Shown here in pieces: positions 28,119-38,108 of a DNA stretch of 57,516 bases. Every line of letters starts with the position of its first letter. Positions within the stretch are counted from its first letter, which is position 1. Source of the DNA: an uncultured Candidatus Berkelbacteria bacterium (lineage in GTDB: Bacteria > Patescibacteriota > UBA1384 > XYA2-FULL-43-10 > CAINNR01); NCBI GenBank assembly GCA_903851235.1, contig CAINNR010000008.1, positions 1 to 57,516 of the forward strand, read 5' to 3'. The position numbers and the translations under genes are program-made. The notes beneath the pieces are model-generated. The model saw only the letters and a list, made by a program, of their open reading frames with translations, had not been told where the DNA came from and did not search any database.

Positions 28119-29219
28119 ATGAATTCATCATACAAAAAAAGAAAAACCGTCGATTATTTTTTAATGATTCTGGTTTTTGCATTGACGGCGTTTGGTTTAA
28201 TAATGATCTATTCGGTTTCAAAATATCTCTCATTGCAAATTACCGGTCAAGCTAGCGACAAATATTATCTTGTTCGCCAATTGGTTTCTTTGGGAATTGG
28301 CGTGGTTGTTTGGATAGTTTTTCAAGCTATCGATTACAAGTATTGGCAAAAACATACCGGCACGATGCTTTGGATTACAATTATTCTACTCTGCTGCGTT
28401 TTCTTTTTTCGTGGTGGGAGCAGTTCGCGCTGGATCAGTCTATTCGGTCTTGGTTTTCAGCCATCTGAGTTTGCAAAACTTTCAATGATTCTCTATCTCT
28501 CCGGTTGGCTTTCAAGCAAAAAAGAATCCGGTGATATCGACCAATCATTTGTGCCGTTTCTGCTTTTTGTCGGTGCCATTTCACTGTTGATGTTAATCCA
28601 AAAAGATTTAGGTACCCTAAGTATCATCGTTTTTATCGCCGCCATAATTTTCTTTACCGCCGGCGCCAAATTATCCAATATTGCGATTGGCGGATCACTC
28701 GGAGTTTTCTTGGTTTGGTTGGCGATTAAAATTGAGCCGTACCGGATGCAGCGATTAACGGCATTTTTAAATCCGAATAATGTAACGCTGTCGGCAACTT
28801 ATCAAATCAGAAACGCTCTAATCGCCATCGGTTCCGGCGGACTTTGGGGCAAGGGATTCGGCCAAAGTGTTCAGAAATATCTTTATCTGCCGGAAGCCCA
28901 AACCGATGCCATTTTTCCGATTATCGCCGAAGAGTTGGGATTTTTACGCGCCGGTGCGGTTATTGTCGTATATGCGGTTATTGCCTATCGTGGTTATTCG
29001 ATCGCCAGGCGAGCGCCGGATTCATACTCGCAATTGGTTGCGGTTGGCATAACCACTTGGATTATCTGGCAAACATTCGTTAATCTGGCGGCGATGATGG
29101 CGTTGGTGCCGCTGACCGGCGTGCCATTGCCGTTTGTCAGTTACGGTGGTACTTCGCTTATTGCTTTTTTGGCCGCAGTTGGTATACTTCTTAATATTTC
29201 CAAACAAGCAGCGGATTGA
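28119..29219 (+). CDS. ftsW: SEDS-family peptidoglycan polymerase FtsW
   Basis: FQPSEFAK, QKDLGT, GSGGLWGKG, LPEAQTDAIF, LPFVSYGGTS. Confidence 0.95.
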   Translation: MNSSYKKRKTVDYFLMILVFALTAFGLIMIYSVSKYLSLQITGQASDKYYLVRQLVSLGIGVVVWIVFQAIDYKYWQKHTGTMLWITIILLCCVFFFRGGSSSRWISLFGLGFQPSEFAKLSMILYLSGWLSSKKESGDIDQSFVPFLLFVGAISLLMLIQKDLGTLSIIVFIAAIIFFTAGAKLSNIAIGGSLGVFLVWLAIKIEPYRMQRLTAFLNPNNVTLSATYQIRNALIAIGSGGLWGKGFGQSVQKYLYLPEAQTDAIFPIIAEELGFLRAGAVIVVYAVIAYRGYSIARRAPDSYSQLVAVGITTWIIWQTFVNLAAMMALVPLTGVPLPFVSYGGTSLIAFLAAVGILLNISKQAAD

Positions 29220-29223
29220 TAAA

Positions 29224-29634
29224 ATGATTCCGTATAAAACAAAATTAAAGAAGTTGCCCGGATCAAATTTAGGCGAAGTTTATAAATCTGCCTGGAAAAT
29301 TTATCATCAGATTGAAAAGTCGACGAAGAGAAAAGCGTATATCAGAAGTACGTTCTTCAAAAAAGACAAAATATTCTTCGATTTTTTCTGGGAACATCTT
29401 AAAAGTTAGCCGCCAAATGCAAGATTCAATAGATTAAAATTTTTTTCAGCCGCAATTGATATAATCAAGAATTCTACGAGTGCACCTGTAATAAAAAATA
29501 ATCCAAATAAGAAATCTGAAATCTTTTATCGCTTTTCAGGGCTGACAAAATCGGGTGAATTATTTATTGTTCAGATTAAGGAAAACAGAATTAGTAAAAG
29601 AAAATATTTCATGTCATGTTTTCCAGTGGAATAA
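29224..29634 (+). pseudogene. 136-codon reading frame with one internal TAG (29407-29409); possible small nuclease/toxin-like fold
   Basis: Frame continues after the TAG without further stops (PPNARFNRLKFF...FIVQIKE...KYFMSCFPVE*); fold call tentative. Confidence 0.7.
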
Positions 29635-29814
29635 AAAAATCCCCCGCCTAAGTGAAGTATGGAAACTTCGCGCCGGAGATTTCTTAACTACAGCTTATCA
29701 AATAAATAAAATATTATCAACAGGAGAAAATGTCAAATCCGGAAGTGCATAATCGAAATTTGCTTTGTCCGATGAAAGATGATGTAATAAAAGAGGGAAA
29801 TATCGAAAGAAAAA

Positions 29815-30909
29815 ATGAAGAATAAAAAAACCATATTTTTAGTCGGGGCTGATACCGGCGGGCACGTCGTGCCGGTGTTTGCTTTGGCCAAAGATTTGGC
29901 ATTAGACGAAAAATACCGTGTTGTGGTCATCGGTGTCGGTTCGACGATTGAAAAAAGGTTTTACAGAAAATTATCTGCTGTTGAATACAGGACAATTGTT
30001 GCCGGTAAATTTCAATTCAAGTCAGCGTGGAGAAATTTTATTGCGGTTTTGAAATCCGGCATCGGTTTTTTCCAGTCAATCGGGCTTATTGTTAAATATC
30101 ATCCGAAAGTAATTTTTCTTAAAGGTAATTATGCCACGGTGCCGGTGGCTTATGCCGCCAGGATCTTTGGTATTCCGATTTTTGCCCATGAATCGGACGC
30201 AATTATCGGCAAAAGCAATAAATTGATTGCCGGGTTTGCCCGAAAACTTTTTGTTTCCTACCCAGCGGAAGTTTTTTCTCATCCGGGCAAAAATTTAGAA
30301 TATAGCGGAGCGATTTTGCGGTCGGAATATCAGATAAAAACATTTGGCCCGAAAAATCAAGCAAAAAAAATGCCAACAGTTTTGATTCTCGGCGGCAGTC
30401 AGGGCGCGCACGCGATAAATGAAATAATTTTCTCGACACTGAAGGAGTTGGTATCCGGTTACGAGATTATCCATCAAACCGGAGTCGTCGATTATAAGAG
30501 ATCGGTGGAAAAGAAGCGGGAATTGTCAAAAGAGATAGCTGGAAATTATCAGCCCTCGGCATTCATCGAAGATGATTTTCAAGCGATTTCAAAAGCTGAC
30601 TTGATTATTTCTCGCGCCTCGTCGTCGATTTTTGAGTTTGCCGCTTTCAGAAAAGCGATAATTCTGATACCATATCCATACGCCAGTCTGGATCATCAAC
30701 TGGCAAACGCCAAATACTTTGCCGATCGCGACGCGGCGATCGTTCTTAACGAAAAGGATTTGTCACCGACGATACTATACTCTGCAATTGCCAAAATTCT
30801 CTCATCCGAAAAACGGAAAAAAGAGTTGGGTCAGAAGCTGGGGAAATCAGTGAAACTCAACGGGGAAAGAATAATTAGAGATGAATTAGTCAAGTTTCTT
30901 GAAAGATAG
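29815..30909 (+). CDS. murG: Undecaprenyl-PP-MurNAc-pentapeptide GlcNAc transferase
   Basis: ADTGGHVVP, HESDAIIG, LGGSQGA, HQLANA. Confidence 0.95.
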   Translation: MKNKKTIFLVGADTGGHVVPVFALAKDLALDEKYRVVVIGVGSTIEKRFYRKLSAVEYRTIVAGKFQFKSAWRNFIAVLKSGIGFFQSIGLIVKYHPKVIFLKGNYATVPVAYAARIFGIPIFAHESDAIIGKSNKLIAGFARKLFVSYPAEVFSHPGKNLEYSGAILRSEYQIKTFGPKNQAKKMPTVLILGGSQGAHAINEIIFSTLKELVSGYEIIHQTGVVDYKRSVEKKRELSKEIAGNYQPSAFIEDDFQAISKADLIISRASSSIFEFAAFRKAIILIPYPYASLDHQLANAKYFADRDAAIVLNEKDLSPTILYSAIAKILSSEKRKKELGQKLGKSVKLNGERIIRDELVKFLER

Positions 30910-30932
30910 TTTTTATATTTTAAATTGAAAAT

Positions 30933-32216
30933 ATGTGGTATCACTTAATTGGAATTTCCGGCATCTCAATGCGAGCAATTGCCCAAATATTGGAGAAACA
31001 AGGTCATAAGGTTACTGGCTCCGATTTAAAATTGTCCGGTCACAGCGCCGATAATGTGGTCGAAGGTATTGATGCTGTAATATATACTTCAGCTGTTACA
31101 GCCGATTCCCCTGGCTGGGTTGAGATTGAGAAAGCCAAAGAGTTGGGGATCAAATTAACCAAACGCGGCGAAATGTTGGCGGAGTTGGTAAAAAATTATA
31201 AGGTCATTGCTGTTTCCGGCACGCATGGGAAAACGACAACAACTTCGATGATTGGACTGACATTAATCAAGGCCGGACTTGATCCCTTGATCATCGTTGG
31301 TGAAGAGGTTGTCGACTTGGGTGGCGTTGTGCGGTTCGGTGGCGGCGATTGGGCGGTGGTTGAGGCTTGTGAATACGATCGAAATTTTCTTTATTTCCAT
31401 CCAACCATTACCGTTATCACCAATATTGAAGAGGAGCACCTGGATCATTATCCGGGCGGACTGCCGGAAATCGAGGAAACTTTTGCCAAGTTTGCGTCTC
31501 AGACAGTTGATGGTGGTTCTATTATCGTTTGCGCTGACGACAAAAATGCCATGGAAACTGTCAATCAAATTAAAAATGACAAAATTAAAATCATCAAATA
31601 CGGTTTAGAGAAATCCAATGACATAAATGACTTAGCGTTTAAGTTGTCTCTTCCGGGAGACCATAATCGCCGAAACGCATTGGCTGCGATCGCTGTTGCT
31701 TCTGTTTTGAATATTGATAAAAATCTTGTTCAGTCGGCAATTAAAAATTTTCATGGCGCCAACCGACGGTTCCAAATAAAGGGTGAAAAAAACGGCGTAA
31801 CGGTAATCGACGACTATGGTCACCATCCGACCGAAATTGCCGCCCTGCTCTCCGGCGTCAAAGAGAAATATCCGGAGAAAAAAATTATGGCGGTTTTTTG
31901 GCCGCATCAATACAGGCGAACAAAAGATTTCCTTGAAAGATTTCCCCAAGCTTTCGCCAACGCCGACAAAGTAATAATTAAAGAGATTTTTTTCGTTCCC
32001 GGTCGCGACAAAATATTGAATGTCTCCGGTCGAGACATTGTCAAGTTAATTAATAAATCCGATCCGGGTAAAGCTGAGTTTATCGACCGAGATGATGAAA
32101 TTATCAAAAATTTGAAAAAAAATTTGTCTGCGGACTGGGTCTTGGTCACCGTCGGAATTCCACCGATTTATAAAATTGCCGACAGATATTTAAATGAAAA
32201 TCAGAGATCATGTTAA
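30933..32216 (+). CDS. murC: UDP-N-acetylmuramate--L-alanine ligase
   Basis: GISGISM, VSGTHGKTTTT, EACEYDR, NIEEEHLDHY, DDYGHHPTEI. Confidence 0.96.
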   Translation: MWYHLIGISGISMRAIAQILEKQGHKVTGSDLKLSGHSADNVVEGIDAVIYTSAVTADSPGWVEIEKAKELGIKLTKRGEMLAELVKNYKVIAVSGTHGKTTTTSMIGLTLIKAGLDPLIIVGEEVVDLGGVVRFGGGDWAVVEACEYDRNFLYFHPTITVITNIEEEHLDHYPGGLPEIEETFAKFASQTVDGGSIIVCADDKNAMETVNQIKNDKIKIIKYGLEKSNDINDLAFKLSLPGDHNRRNALAAIAVASVLNIDKNLVQSAIKNFHGANRRFQIKGEKNGVTVIDDYGHHPTEIAALLSGVKEKYPEKKIMAVFWPHQYRRTKDFLERFPQAFANADKVIIKEIFFVPGRDKILNVSGRDIVKLINKSDPGKAEFIDRDDEIIKNLKKNLSADWVLVTVGIPPIYKIADRYLNENQRSC

Positions 32217-33160
32217 ATGCAAGGGAGTTAAAAGAACATTTTGGTGATAAACTTGAGGAGAACGTCCTGTTGCGTGATTTCACCTCGATGGCTGTCGGCG
32301 GTGTCGCCGATTATTTTCTTCGTGTCCAAAAAGTTGATGACCTGGTTGGCGCGGTTTCCTATTTATCAAAAGCCCAAATTCCATATTTTGTTCTTGGTGG
32401 TGGTTACAATATTATCGTTTCAGATATGGGTTTTCCCGGAGTGGTAATTAAAAATGAAGTCAAGGACATTGTTTTTTCCGGTGGCAATACCGAGGTGATA
32501 GTTGGTTCGGGAGTCGAAATTAGCCGCCTCTTAATGGATGCAGCCTCCCGGGATTTTGGCGGATTGGAATTTCTGTTTGGAATTCCCGGCACAATCGGTG
32601 GCTCAGTTTATGGCAACGCCGGCGCTTTCGGTCACGCAATCGGTGACTTTGTAAAATCAGTGACGCTACTGATCCCCGGCGGCGATGATCGCGAATCTAA
32701 AATAGTTCGGCATACGGCAAAATGGTTTGAGTTCGGTAATCGGAGTTCAAAATTAAAGGAGTTTAACAAACTCCATCCTTTGACCAACAAACCGATAATT
32801 CTTTCGGTTAAACTTCAACTCTGTCAAAGTCGCAAAGATGTCATATTACGTAAAATGCAAGAAAATTTAAAAATTAAAAAGTTATCTCAGCCTTTGGGGG
32901 TTAAAAGTGCCGGCAGTTTTTTCAAAAATCCCGGGATCGAAAAGGAGCAATCAGCCGGATTTTTGCTTGACCGTTCGGGCGCAAAACGATTTCGAGTCGG
33001 TGATGCGGTAGTTTCTCGACAACATGCCAATTTTGTTATTAACCGTAACAAGGCAACCGCTGATGATATCCGTCGTCTGGCCGGTCAAATGAAAGATGCG
33101 GTTCGTGGCGAGTTTCGGACCAATCTCGAAGAAGAAGTCGAATATATCGGTAAGTGGTAA
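32210..33160 (+). CDS. murB: UDP-N-acetylenolpyruvoylglucosamine reductase
   Basis: VGGVAD, GIPGTIGGSVYGNAGA, SAGSFFKNP, HANF, LEEEV. Confidence 0.96.
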   Translation: MLNARELKEHFGDKLEENVLLRDFTSMAVGGVADYFLRVQKVDDLVGAVSYLSKAQIPYFVLGGGYNIIVSDMGFPGVVIKNEVKDIVFSGGNTEVIVGSGVEISRLLMDAASRDFGGLEFLFGIPGTIGGSVYGNAGAFGHAIGDFVKSVTLLIPGGDDRESKIVRHTAKWFEFGNRSSKLKEFNKLHPLTNKPIILSVKLQLCQSRKDVILRKMQENLKIKKLSQPLGVKSAGSFFKNPGIEKEQSAGFLLDRSGAKRFRVGDAVVSRQHANFVINRNKATADDIRRLAGQMKDAVRGEFRTNLEEEVEYIGKW

Positions 33161-33225
33161 TCTCTTACGAAATGGCATTTTTTTAAGTATGATAGTTTTT
33201 AGTCAGTTGGCAGGAGAGGAGTTTT

Positions 33226-34044
33226 GTGCGTTCGAACGAGAAGTACTCTTATTCTAAATATCGCAACACCGATGCCAGACCGACCGGAAGTGGCAAGATT
33301 TTTGTCGCACCAAAAGTCAAATATTCTTACAACCCGATAATCAATCTTCCGGCGAAATTTTGGGGCAATATCGGACTGTTGTTTTTGCTACTGGTTGGCG
33401 CTTGGTTCATATTTTATTCCAAGTATTTTCGAATAAGCGATATTATTGTCGAGGGCAATTCGCTGGTCTTGTCCGAACAAATTTCCAAAAATGTAAATTT
33501 GGGTCAAAATGTTTTTCGTTTCAATATCGCCAGCACCAGAGAAAAAATAATTTCATCAAATCCTATAATTGCCGATGTGGCAATTTATCGTGGTATTCCG
33601 AACGCTTTAAAAATCGTCGTTCTCGAGCGCAAGCCGCAGGTGGTTTGGCAATCGGCAGGAAATTATTATCTTGTTGATGATGCTGGAATCGCCGACAAGC
33701 AAATTGCGGCAAGCGATTACCCCAACCTGATTCATGTTAGCGATCAAAAAAATATGACGGTTCAAATTGGCGAGCAACTGCTTTCACCAGGTTTTATCAA
33801 TTTTGCTAAAAATATTCAGGCAAAGTTCTTTGATCAAACAAATATTCATCTTACCGGATATTACATTACCGAGACGACCTTTGATCTTTATGTTCAAACC
33901 GATGGCGGTTTTTATGTTAAATTTGACACAACCAGATCGGTTGACAAACAGCTAACCGATCTGAAAGATATTATTGTCGCATATCGTCCGAATATTCATG
34001 AATATGTTGATGTTCGAATCAATGGTTGGGCTTATTATAAATAG
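33226..34044 (+). CDS. ftsQ: Cell division protein FtsQ/DivIB-like
   Basis: Single TM, POTRA-like segment, IVVLERKP, YVDVR near the C-terminus; follows murB. Confidence 0.85.
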   Translation: MRSNEKYSYSKYRNTDARPTGSGKIFVAPKVKYSYNPIINLPAKFWGNIGLLFLLLVGAWFIFYSKYFRISDIIVEGNSLVLSEQISKNVNLGQNVFRFNIASTREKIISSNPIIADVAIYRGIPNALKIVVLERKPQVVWQSAGNYYLVDDAGIADKQIAASDYPNLIHVSDQKNMTVQIGEQLLSPGFINFAKNIQAKFFDQTNIHLTGYYITETTFDLYVQTDGGFYVKFDTTRSVDKQLTDLKDIIVAYRPNIHEYVDVRINGWAYYK

Positions 34045-34072
34045 CTAGAATATAATTTTGAAAGGCGGATGT

Positions 34073-34465
34073 ATGTCTATTGAAATGGAGTCGGAAATTG
34101 AAGAGCATTTTGATTTAAGTCCTGAATTATATCCGGATGATATTAGGAAAATATTAAATAATACGGTTGAATTACTTGAAGATTCACGCCAAGGATGCCT
34201 AAAAAGACGCGACGAATCACTGGATTTAAGAGGAGTCAGGTCTCCATCAAACTCAGATATGGTAATTGGGGGTGACGTGGCTAAACGTGAAGAACATTTT
34301 GCTGATATTCTTCAGGACGCAATTGGTATGATTTTGGGGACTAACCCAGAAGTTGCTCTTAATACGGCGATAAAAGTTTTATCCAAAAAACCGGATATTT
34401 ACCAGGCTGATATTGAAAGTCTCAGAGGCGAATTATGGGGAATTCAGCACGACAAAGCAGCATAA
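34073..34465 (+). CDS. Hypothetical acidic protein
   Basis: ORF with GAAAGG RBS. Confidence 0.7.
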   Translation: MSIEMESEIEEHFDLSPELYPDDIRKILNNTVELLEDSRQGCLKRRDESLDLRGVRSPSNSDMVIGGDVAKREEHFADILQDAIGMILGTNPEVALNTAIKVLSKKPDIYQADIESLRGELWGIQHDKAA

Positions 34466-34614
34466 CTCTTTTTTGTTCGGGTGTAAATATTGGTATTTTT
34501 AATTGGATAAAATTTGACACAATCAGAAGCTTGTTAAAAATTGTTTTTTTGCTTGCAAAAAATCTGATCTAGTGCTAACATTGGGTCACCACCGACTACA
34601 AGGAGGAGATTGCG

Positions 34615-35061
34615 ATGGGAAACCCGGCTGCATATGAAGTCAATGTTATTCAGTCGCCGGAATTTCAGCGCTACGCGTTGGAAGCCGCTAGCAGAGAAGT
34701 CGTCAAACTAGTATTGGAGTTGGCTTGTGACCAGATTTGGGGTTTAACCGGTATAGAGTCATGCCCTGAAAATATTGTTTCACAGAAGATACAGTTGACA
34801 CTTGGGGCGGTACAGCCAGGTAATCATCAAACTCCGGTCTTTATCGTTGTTATTGCCAGTCCAATCGAAGGCTTTGTTTTACCGGATAGATGCAAATCCG
34901 AGTATCCGTCCGTCGACGCTTTTTTCGAAGATTTGAATTTGATGTTGAACGCAATCGGTGTTAAGGCGGAAAAGGTGAAATGGGATATTGAAATCGTAGA
35001 TGATCATGATAAAGGGATCAGAACCATTACAGTTTTGCCGCCAAAGTCCGATGCCGGGTAA
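34615..35061 (+). CDS. Hypothetical protein with own terminator
   Basis: AAGGAGG RBS; GCCGGG/CCCGGC hairpin plus T-tract over the stop. Confidence 0.75.
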   Translation: MGNPAAYEVNVIQSPEFQRYALEAASREVVKLVLELACDQIWGLTGIESCPENIVSQKIQLTLGAVQPGNHQTPVFIVVIASPIEGFVLPDRCKSEYPSVDAFFEDLNLMLNAIGVKAEKVKWDIEIVDDHDKGIRTITVLPPKSDAG

Positions 35062-35114
35062 TCCCCGGCTTTTTTAATTAAGCTTTATGCGATGAAAAAT
35101 GATATAATCGTTCC

Positions 35115-36821
35115 ATGAGTAAAGCCTGGCAGCTAAAACCGAAAAAGTATGATGATGTCATAGAACAGCTACTTTTTAATCGCGGAATAATTGGTGAAAG
35201 TGTCGAGAAAAAAGATCTTGAGCTATTTTTAAATCCTAACTTTGACCGGGATTTTTTTGATCCGGAGCTTTTGCCGGATTTCAAAATTGCAATTTTACGG
35301 ATTTGTCAGGCGGTTGAAAATAAGGAGAAAGTTGGGATCTATGCCGATTATGATGCCGACGGAATTCCAGGTGCGGCGATTCTTTACAAAAGCTTAATTG
35401 CTTTGGGATTGGAAGCCGAGGTTTATATTCCCGCGCGATCAGATGGTTATGGTTTTAATCAATCTGGTATTGACCATTTAATTTCCACCGGCTGCAAATT
35501 AATTATTAGTGTTGACCTTGGAATCAGAGAGATTAAATTTTCAGAGCGGATACTCGAAAAAAAAATCGACTTAATAATCACTGATCATCACGAACCGGGC
35601 GATGAATTGCCTCTGGCACTGGCAGTGGTCAATCCGAAAAGACTCGACTCAAAATATCCCTTTCGCGAACTTTGCGGCGCCGGAGTCGTTTACAAAATAA
35701 TTCAGGGGCTGGCGAAAGTATATCCGAAAGTTATCAATGAAAAATTCTTAAAATGGAATTTGGATTTAGTCGCAATCTCAACAATCTCCGATGTTGTACC
35801 GCTTGTTTCTGAAAATCGAATTATTGCAAAATACGGTTTGAAAGTTTTGGTCAAAACTAAAAATATCGGTTTACAAGAATTATACAAAATCGCCGATATT
35901 GATCAAAATAAGATTGACACTTACACTGTCGGTTTTCAAATTGGTCCAAGAATTAACGCTCCCGGACGACTCGATAGTGCCAGGGAATCATTTATTTTGC
36001 TAACAACATTGGATAAAAATCAAGCTTATAAATCGGCGAAATATCTCCAAAATCAAAATGAAAAACGCCAAGTTGAAATGGAGGAAATTTTCGAATCGGC
36101 ATCAAAGATAATCGATAGAGAAAAATTGGCTGACGGGAAAATCATTATTGTAAAAAAAATCGGTTGGCAAAAAGGCGTTATCGGTCCGGTTGCCAGTCGA
36201 CTGGTAGAGAAGTATTTTCGACCGACAATTATTTTATCTGAAACTGCCGGAGTCTTGGATGGTAGCTGTCGCAGTATTTCCGGTTTTGATATTACCAAGG
36301 CCCTGTCATTTTGTGAAAAGTATCTTTTGGGTTTTGGCGGTCACGCCGGAGCGGCCGGTGTTCACATGAAATTGGACAATTTCCAAAAATTTTTTACTGC
36401 GATGATGAAGTATGGTGAAAAAAATATCTCAGAAAAACGGCTGCTACCAAAAATATCAATTGACCTTGAACTTGATAAAAATAAAATCGGTATCGGTCTA
36501 TTTAAAACTCTTGGAGAGTTGGAACCATTCGGTTTAGGCAATCCCAGACCGTTTTTTTTAACAACAAATATTAAATTATTAACTCACCGATTGGTCGGTC
36601 GAGAAAACAAACATTTGCAACTAAAATTCTCCAATGGAATTTCTGAAATAAAAGGGGTAATATTTAATCACGATATCGATTTGAAAAAAATCTCTTCTGG
36701 CGCAAATTACGATATCGTTTATCAGCCGGGTCTAAACTTTTGGAATGGAAAAAATTGGATTGATTTAAGAATTATCGATATTCGACCAAGAGCGGAGTCA
36801 GATGAAATCATCAAAGGATAA
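35115..36821 (+). CDS. recJ: ssDNA-specific exonuclease RecJ
   Basis: DYDADG, DGYG, VDLG, ITDHH, GPRINAPGR, GGHAGAAG, LEPFGLGNPRP. Confidence 0.97.
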   Translation: MSKAWQLKPKKYDDVIEQLLFNRGIIGESVEKKDLELFLNPNFDRDFFDPELLPDFKIAILRICQAVENKEKVGIYADYDADGIPGAAILYKSLIALGLEAEVYIPARSDGYGFNQSGIDHLISTGCKLIISVDLGIREIKFSERILEKKIDLIITDHHEPGDELPLALAVVNPKRLDSKYPFRELCGAGVVYKIIQGLAKVYPKVINEKFLKWNLDLVAISTISDVVPLVSENRIIAKYGLKVLVKTKNIGLQELYKIADIDQNKIDTYTVGFQIGPRINAPGRLDSARESFILLTTLDKNQAYKSAKYLQNQNEKRQVEMEEIFESASKIIDREKLADGKIIIVKKIGWQKGVIGPVASRLVEKYFRPTIILSETAGVLDGSCRSISGFDITKALSFCEKYLLGFGGHAGAAGVHMKLDNFQKFFTAMMKYGEKNISEKRLLPKISIDLELDKNKIGIGLFKTLGELEPFGLGNPRPFFLTTNIKLLTHRLVGRENKHLQLKFSNGISEIKGVIFNHDIDLKKISSGANYDIVYQPGLNFWNGKNWIDLRIIDIRPRAESDEIIKG

Positions 36822-38088
36822 AACAATTTTTGTTTGTGAAAACTGCGGCAATGAATATTCGACTTGGGCCGGTCGTTGTTCGGCTTGCGGCGAATGGAAT
36901 ACTTTAAAGGAATTTAAAACCGCCGCCACCGGGTCATCATCGGCGGAAAAAATTATCGCCAGTAAATTGGCCAGTTTTTCAATTACGGCAAAAACCAGAA
37001 TTAAAACCGGCTTTTTTGAAGTTGACCGAGTTTTCGGTGGTGGGATCGTTGACGGCTCGGTGATTCTGCTCGGCGGCGAACCGGGAATCGGAAAATCAAC
37101 ACTACTGTTGCAAATTGTTGATAATTTACCAAAGACACTTTATATCTCCGGTGAGGAATCCGGCCAGCAGTTAAAACTTCGAGCTGATAGGTTGGGGCTT
37201 TTGGGCAAAAACATCGATGTTACCAGCGCTGTTGATATTGCTTCTCTGGAAGCGGCAATCTTGGAAAATAAACCGAAAATAATTGTCGTCGATTCAATAC
37301 AAACAGTAATTGACTCAAGAGTTGCCGGCACTGCCGGCAGCCAAATTCAAATCAAGGAGTCCGGTTTGGTTTTGCAACAATTGGCAAAAAAACATGATGT
37401 TGCAATCATCATCGTCGGTCATGTGACGAAAGAGGGGACGGTTGCCGGTCCGCGGATGCTTGAGCATTTGGTTGATGTTGTGGTCTATCTGGAAGGTGAG
37501 AGAAGTCATGACGCCAGAATTTTGCGAACGGTGAAAAATCGTTTTGGCAACACCGATGAGATTGCGGTCTTGAAGATGGGTGAAAAAGGTTTAGAGGAAA
37601 TTAAAAATCCCGGAGCTTTTTTCCTTTCTGAGAGCGACAATTTACCCGGCAGCGCAACCACCGTATTACTCGAAGGATCGCGACCACTTTTGGTTGAAAT
37701 TCAGGCGCTAACGACGCCGACGACATTCGGTTATCCCAGACGAACGGCGTCCGGATTGGATTTGAATCGACTGAATATCATCATCGGAATCTTGACCAAG
37801 CGTGCGGGGATAAATTTGGGTAACCAAGACGTTTATATCTCCGTCGCCGGTGGACTTTCGGCTCGCGAACCGGCGGCCGATCTGGCCGTTGCTCTGGCAA
37901 TTGTTTCATCTTACAAAAATAAATTGTTGCCGAAAAAATCAGTATTTTTCTCTGAAATTGGACTTACCGGTGAACTAAAAAAAGTTATGGCTGCTGACAA
38001 ACGAAAAAAAGAGGCCGAGGCCTTAGGCTACAAAGTTTATTCGAACTATAAAAACATTAGCGAGGCGTTGGCAAAAAATTTGTTCTAA
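36802..38088 (+). CDS. radA: DNA repair protein RadA/Sms
   Basis: CENCG...GRCSACG zinc finger, GEPGIGKSTLL, KNRFG. Confidence 0.97.
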   Translation: MKSSKDKTIFVCENCGNEYSTWAGRCSACGEWNTLKEFKTAATGSSSAEKIIASKLASFSITAKTRIKTGFFEVDRVFGGGIVDGSVILLGGEPGIGKSTLLLQIVDNLPKTLYISGEESGQQLKLRADRLGLLGKNIDVTSAVDIASLEAAILENKPKIIVVDSIQTVIDSRVAGTAGSQIQIKESGLVLQQLAKKHDVAIIIVGHVTKEGTVAGPRMLEHLVDVVVYLEGERSHDARILRTVKNRFGNTDEIAVLKMGEKGLEEIKNPGAFFLSESDNLPGSATTVLLEGSRPLLVEIQALTTPTTFGYPRRTASGLDLNRLNIIIGILTKRAGINLGNQDVYISVAGGLSAREPAADLAVALAIVSSYKNKLLPKKSVFFSEIGLTGELKKVMAADKRKKEAEALGYKVYSNYKNISEALAKNLF

Positions 38089-38108
38089 AAATAGTCATTG
38101 AGGAAAAA

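Noticed and set aside
29407-29409. Genome-wide TAG recoding
   Set aside because: TAG ends intact core genes such as glyQS, argS and rpmG
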